Assembly (NCBI GenBank): GCA_003644105.1
Contig: QNBK01000001.1
Location: 1-53,269 of the forward strand
Length of the DNA stretch: 53,269 bases
From: Spirochaetota bacterium
GTDB lineage: Bacteria > Spirochaetota > Spirochaetia > DSM-2461
Reading direction: 5' to 3'
The translations under genes and the position numbers were made by a program. How positions within the stretch are numbered: position 1 is the stretch's first letter; each line of letters opens with the position of its first letter. This document shows positions 48,961-53,269 of the stretch, in pieces. The notes under the pieces were generated by a model. That model saw only the letters and a program-made list of their open reading frames with translations, made no database searches and was not told where the DNA came from.

Positions 48961-49696
48961 AAGGCTCTGGATTACTCTCTCGTCTCTCACCGGAATTCTA
49001 CTCTGGAAGATTGCATCTTTCATTGTGGCCAGAGAAATTATTCTACCGTCTCCGGAAGCAACTCTGATGTACCTGTCGGGGATGTTCCGGGAGGCCGGTA
49101 CCTGGCTTGCTGTAGTGGCCACTATGCGAAGGGTTCTGTTCGCATTTCTTATGAATATGGTTTTTGCCCTTACTCTGGGGGTCGCATCAGGTTTTTCTTC
49201 CGGGATTTATTACGCTTTGAAACCCCTGGTTACCGTTATGAAAGCAGTCCCCACTATGGGTGTGATACTGCTGTCTCTCATCTGGTTTAATTCTGAAACG
49301 GCTGTCGTGTTTGTATGTACCCTGATAGTTTTCCCCGTGCTTTATTCATCTGTAGTTTCCGGAATACAGCATCTGGACAACAAACTGCTTGAAATGCACC
49401 GGCTTTTTCAAATCAAATGGCCGAAAACTCTGTTTCATTTTGTACTTCCATCCCTGCGGCCGTACCTGATTGCCGGTGTGATGTCCGGTCTGGGACTGTC
49501 CATGAAAGTGATAATTGCAGCCGAGGTTCTCAGCCAGCCGAAAACGGGTATCGGAACAATGTTTCAGATTGAACGTGCCAGACTCAATACCACAGGAGTA
49601 TTTGCCTGGTCTCTACTGGTAATCCTTTTAACTGCCGGAATGGACGTATTGTTTTCAGTCGTGAAAAAACACTATGGAAAAAGGGATAGAGGATGA
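48941..49696 (+). CDS. NitT/TauT-family ABC permease
   Basis: ILPSP, D..LLEM, LPSLRPY, KVIIAAE, GIG. Confidence 0.88.
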   Translation: MISTFRKRLWITLSSLTGILLWKIASFIVAREIILPSPEATLMYLSGMFREAGTWLAVVATMRRVLFAFLMNMVFALTLGVASGFSSGIYYALKPLVTVMKAVPTMGVILLSLIWFNSETAVVFVCTLIVFPVLYSSVVSGIQHLDNKLLEMHRLFQIKWPKTLFHFVLPSLRPYLIAGVMSGLGLSMKVIIAAEVLSQPKTGIGTMFQIERARLNTTGVFAWSLLVILLTAGMDVLFSVVKKHYGKRDRG

Positions 49697-50343
49697 TAAT
49701 CCTTAAGGGCGTGAATAAACGCTTCGGTGAAAAACGGCTCTTTGAAAACCTGGATTTTCATGTTTCACCAGGAACCGTGAACTGTCTGATCGGCCCGTCA
49801 GGGTGTGGTAAAACAAGCATTTTGAATCTGATGTCCGGTCTGCTTCCGCCGGATTCAGGAGAAGTGATCTCCAGCGGCCGTATCTCCTATGCTTTTCAGG
49901 AAACCCGTCTGCTGCCCTGGGAAACTGTCAGGGATAACGCCATGTACGCCATGAGCCCACGACTCAACAGAATGGAGCGGCTTGAAAGAACCGGTGAACT
50001 ATTGAACCAGCTGGAACTCAGTGAAGCCTCTCAGCTTCGGCCGGGGGAGATAAGCGGTGGAATGGCCCGGAGGGTTTCTCTGGCCAGGGCTCTTCTTGCT
50101 CCCCATGATATACTGCTGATGGATGAGCCACTTTCCTCCCTGGACCCTTATCTTCGTTCCGGGATAGTAGAATCTCTTCGCCCGATGCTTCAGGGAAAGT
50201 CTGTTGTACTTGTTACCCATGATTATGTGACAGCAACGGCACTTTCTGATCGGGTGTTTTACCTTTCCAGACCGCCGGTGCATATTACAGAAGTCAAAAA
50301 AAATGATATTGAGGGAACGCTTGAAGAGATTAATTCAGAATAA
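49693..50343 (+). CDS. NitT/TauT-family ABC ATP-binding protein
   Basis: GPSGCGKT, FQE.RLLPW, ISGGM.RR, LMDEP, VTHD. Confidence 0.9.
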   Translation: MIILKGVNKRFGEKRLFENLDFHVSPGTVNCLIGPSGCGKTSILNLMSGLLPPDSGEVISSGRISYAFQETRLLPWETVRDNAMYAMSPRLNRMERLERTGELLNQLELSEASQLRPGEISGGMARRVSLARALLAPHDILLMDEPLSSLDPYLRSGIVESLRPMLQGKSVVLVTHDYVTATALSDRVFYLSRPPVHITEVKKNDIEGTLEEINSE

Positions 50344-50369
50344 TCCGGCTGTAACTGTTCATGCCCCTT

Positions 50370-50618
50370 TTAGTAACCGACACCCGCAGATTTGACATTC
50401 GCCGGATCGAAAGCATGGCAGGGGGTAACCGCGTGAACCGCTTCGCAGTCCGGGCAGTTTGATTCGAAATTAACCATCTCAAAGCTGGAACCGCAGTTGC
50501 CGCATTCAACTTCCATTGACATGGGCAGGGGCTGTGCTGCAAATCCCATCATTCGAACTTTATCCACCACTTCTTTTCCATCGTTGAACGATGCCGCACA
50601 TCCGTCGTGTACACTCAT
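50370..50618 (-). CDS. Small Cys/His-rich Zn-ribbon protein
   Basis: HDGC, CGNC, CPDC, TPCH motifs; last gene of the operon. Confidence 0.75.
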   Translation of the reverse strand: MSVHDGCAASFNDGKEVVDKVRMMGFAAQPLPMSMEVECGNCGSSFEMVNFESNCPDCEAVHAVTPCHAFDPANVKSAGVGY

Positions 50619-50622
50619 AATA

Positions 50623-51630
50623 CTATCCTTTTATCAGAATTTCACCCGCTCTCAAGCGGGTTCTGTAGGCGAGTACAGTTCGGTCCAGCTCTTCAAGAGT
50701 GGAAAGAATCGTACGTTCTTCTTCTGTTGTTTCAATCACCTTTGCTATTCCGCCGTTTTTGATGACGATGCGGCGGTGGGCCATCAGGGCCAGTATGGGA
50801 TCGTGGGTGGCCATCAGGACGATTTTCTCTTCGGAAAGCAGCAGGTTCAGAGCCCGTTTTCTGTCAATCCCGGCATTTTCTATCTCGTCGATGAGAATGA
50901 TGGGGGAGCGGCTGAGTATGGCGGTATCCGCAATCATCAGCGCCCGTGACTGGCCTCCTGATAGACTGGTGATGGGGGTTTCTTCACTGAAACTTTCACC
51001 GGCAAGCTTGTTGGCCTCGGTAATGATGCGTTCAACCACTTCTCCGGGATTCTCAACCAGACGGCTTTCAGCGTGGAGTTCAATAAACTCCCTGACATTC
51101 AAATCCATTACGAAGTTCATATTCTGGGACAGCTGGGCCACCAGCTTCTTGGAGGTGGAGAAGCGCCAGGTGGAGTCAGGAACATCTCCGTTTATAAGGA
51201 TGCTTCTGGCCGTCGGTGTATCGGCCTGGGCCACCCACTCAATATCCCCCAGAAGCCGGCTTTTTCCCGATCCCGTGGGTCCGACAATGGAAATCACCTC
51301 ACTTTTCCTGATAACAAGAGAATCAAAGCCTTCTTTTTCTCCTGATTTATCAGTCCCAGGAAGAATGGTGAGAGAATGAACTTCGTTGTCCTCATTGAGG
51401 AAGGCGAGCATCTGATTGATGAACTCGGCGGTCTGCTTCATCAGCAGGTCCGGGTCTATAGCCCTTTCCTCCTGCTCCTCCTCATCAAACTCTCCAAACA
51501 TCTGGTTCAATGTGGAATCATCACGTCCTTCAAAATCAAGGCCGTTTTCTCTGAAGAAACTGGAGAGGAAGGGATAATCTTCCAGCAGCGATCCTATATG
51601 TCTGTCGGCAATCTGGTTCCGGCCTATCAT
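50623..51630 (-). CDS. ABC-type ATPase with an N-terminal DUF1858-like domain
   Basis: GPTGSGKS, LSQNMNF, LSGGQSR, ILIDE, ATHD; N-terminal I..LL..YP....FF...G. Confidence 0.85.
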   Translation of the reverse strand: MIGRNQIADRHIGSLLEDYPFLSSFFRENGLDFEGRDDSTLNQMFGEFDEEEQEERAIDPDLLMKQTAEFINQMLAFLNEDNEVHSLTILPGTDKSGEKEGFDSLVIRKSEVISIVGPTGSGKSRLLGDIEWVAQADTPTARSILINGDVPDSTWRFSTSKKLVAQLSQNMNFVMDLNVREFIELHAESRLVENPGEVVERIITEANKLAGESFSEETPITSLSGGQSRALMIADTAILSRSPIILIDEIENAGIDRKRALNLLLSEEKIVLMATHDPILALMAHRRIVIKNGGIAKVIETTEEERTILSTLEELDRTVLAYRTRLRAGEILIKG

Positions 51631-52325
51631 TGTCTGTTCTCCAGATTTATCTTTCTCACATTCCCCATCTGATAACTTTCACCGATTCGTGTTTCACCCA
51701 GGCAGTAGGAGCAGAGGGCTGATGGCATGGTGAACCGCAGCTCCCTTCCCACAAGGGTATCCACGGAGTTCTTCTCGTCATGAAGCAAAGTGCTCAGTTC
51801 AAAACTCCCCTGACCGGTAAGACCGTTGATATTCATGATTACAGCAGAGGGATTAACCAGATTCACCCGGGAGGCAAAAACTTCCCTTTCTGCCTGGCTG
51901 ACGATATCCCCCTTTGTGATTACAACGATATCCGCTGATTTCAGCATGGGTCCGATTTTTTTCGGGGTGTTCACACCGCTGAGGTTGTCGATAACGCAGA
52001 CGGCTTTAATCTCCTTGATGTAGGGAGAACAACGGTTGCAGAGTCCCGCAGATTCACTGATGAGCAGATCAAAACCCTCTTTTATCCCCCATTGGGTAAC
52101 TTCCTCGACGTTGCTGATAAAGTAATGATCCGGGCACATCGCCCCGGATAACCCCTTTTTCACCGGGATACCGGCTTTTTCGTAGAGCACATCATCATCG
52201 GTGTACAGGCAGTCGAACTTCACCACACCGACTTTCAGACCCCGCCGGGTGAGGGCTTCGATTGTTTTCAGGATTACCGAAGTTTTCCCCGAGGAGGGGG
52301 GGCCTGAAATTGTAACGAGGTTCAC
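51627..52325 (-). CDS. HypB/UreG-like (G3E family) GTPase
   Basis: GPPSSGKT, CPDH, ESAG, TKGD; additional CNRC and CSYC motifs. Confidence 0.85.
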   Translation of the reverse strand: MNLVTISGPPSSGKTSVILKTIEALTRRGLKVGVVKFDCLYTDDDVLYEKAGIPVKKGLSGAMCPDHYFISNVEEVTQWGIKEGFDLLISESAGLCNRCSPYIKEIKAVCVIDNLSGVNTPKKIGPMLKSADIVVITKGDIVSQAEREVFASRVNLVNPSAVIMNINGLTGQGSFELSTLLHDEKNSVDTLVGRELRFTMPSALCSYCLGETRIGESYQMGNVRKINLENRQ

Positions 52326-53269
52326 TTTGAGGCCTCATTGAACAGGGTTTCACAGTGAGCTATCAGTTCCGTGAGATCGTTGGCGGAGATATAATCCCAG
52401 CCCAGCCACATGAATTGATTTTCTTTCTTCAAGTGGTTATCCACGTCAGGATGGGTGCTGGGGAACAGACCCTGGTTGGCCAGAACGTCCCCGATTTCCC
52501 GGGATGCAAAAAAATCAACCACCGGCTGCAGTCTCTCTCTCTCAGCGGTTTTGGCCAGCATGAAGATAGGGCTGATGATAGCCCCGTCCTTCGGCCAGAC
52601 GGCTTTCAGAGAGCTGCCTTCCTTCACCATTTTGGTAAAAAAGTAAGGCATGATTGTTATAGCCGGTTTGTTCTGTTTCTTCCTCTCGCTCTTCACCATT
52701 TGAGAGGGGTGCATGGATTCCAGCAGGCTTCTGCCCAGGGCACGAACTCCCTCATCGCCGTATTTCTTGTGGATGTTCAGGAGTATCCCGTTAAAGAGGT
52801 CGAAATCTCCCACCGGGAGAGAGACGTTTTTCTCATAAATCGGAGAGAGAATGTCTTTCCATGTTTCCGGTATGGGGCGTCCTTTCAGCTCATCGGTGTT
52901 CACCAGGAATACCGCGGGTACTACGGAGATGATGGAATACTGACCTTCGGGGTCTTTGATGTTTAAACCGTCAAAATCGGGGTTGAACTTTTCGTAGCCT
53001 GAAATGTCGGTGAAGGCGCCTTTCTGCCGGAATCTTCCTATCTTTCTTTTATCGAAAAACATATCGAAACCGGCTGAAATAAACAGATCGGGAAGTTCAA
53101 GGTCATTTTCAACTCCCTCCAGATTCTCCTCCACCCAATCAAGACCCATGGAGGCCGCTTTAAGTTCATGACTCACCGGTTCAAGACCCTCATCAGTACG
53201 CTGTTTTAGAAAATCGTTCCACTTCTCCATCAGAGGGAGGCGCACCGGACAGGGCAGCAGCCCGACAAC
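52322..53269 (-). CDS. Periplasmic-binding-protein-fold protein (Fe/polyamine-binding-like); 5' end lies outside the window
   Basis: Frame is open to the window edge (VVGLLPCPVRLP...); PD....AG, P.TW.D.L.P.Y, WP.DGAI.SP motifs. Confidence 0.78.
   Translation of the reverse strand, partial: VVGLLPCPVRLPLMEKWNDFLKQRTDEGLEPVSHELKAASMGLDWVEENLEGVENDLELPDLFISAGFDMFFDKRKIGRFRQKGAFTDISGYEKFNPDFDGLNIKDPEGQYSIISVVPAVFLVNTDELKGRPIPETWKDILSPIYEKNVSLPVGDFDLFNGILLNIHKKYGDEGVRALGRSLLESMHPSQMVKSERKKQNKPAITIMPYFFTKMVKEGSSLKAVWPKDGAIISPIFMLAKTAERERLQPVVDFFASREIGDVLANQGLFPSTHPDVDNHLKKENQFMWLGWDYISANDLTELIAHCETLFNEASK

Noticed and set aside
50699-51379. 226-aa plus-strand ORF (also 52355-52966 and 10019-10663)
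   Set aside because: Antisense shadows of well-supported genes
1-53269. CRISPR arrays, tRNA/rRNA genes, integrases, transposases, anti-phage defence genes
   Set aside because: No repeat-spacer periodicity, RNA-gene pattern or relevant protein motif was recognised by eye; small ncRNAs cannot be excluded without a covariance-model search

Overview
Bacterial chromosomal window, probably from an anaerobic free-living spirochaete (inferred from the 'AGGQxE'-type signal peptide on the solute-binding protein and the gene content; not proven). It has two parts. (1) About 1-33.1 kb, visibly more AT-rich: a large carbohydrate/amino-sugar catabolic island. It encodes an Asp-box sialidase-like protein, two intact deacetylases, a ceramidase-like amidase, three aminotransferases, a DHDPS/NanA-like aldolase, an FGGY kinase, SDR, Gfo/Idh/MocA and AKR oxidoreductases, a NagB-like protein, Opp-type ABC and MFS transporters, DeoR and GntR regulators, and three deletion-eroded pseudogenes. 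A TGGTTATAACCA-like palindrome recurs upstream of four transcription units. (2) About 33.2-53.3 kb: housekeeping genes (radA, two cyclophilin-FKBP fusions, deoD, serA, aspS), followed by a metal cluster (DtxR-feoAB, ArsR-P1B ATPase, NitT/TauT ABC, and an operon of binding protein, HypB/UreG-like GTPase, ABC ATPase and Zn-ribbon protein with no permease visible). Most notable: an apparently circularly permuted family-5 solute-binding protein, a candidate catabolic pathway for N-acylated di-amino sugars or nonulosonic acids, and a candidate HypA/HypB-like metallochaperone module. No rRNA, tRNA, CRISPR array, integrase or transposase was recognised. All calls come from reading motifs by eye; no searches were run.
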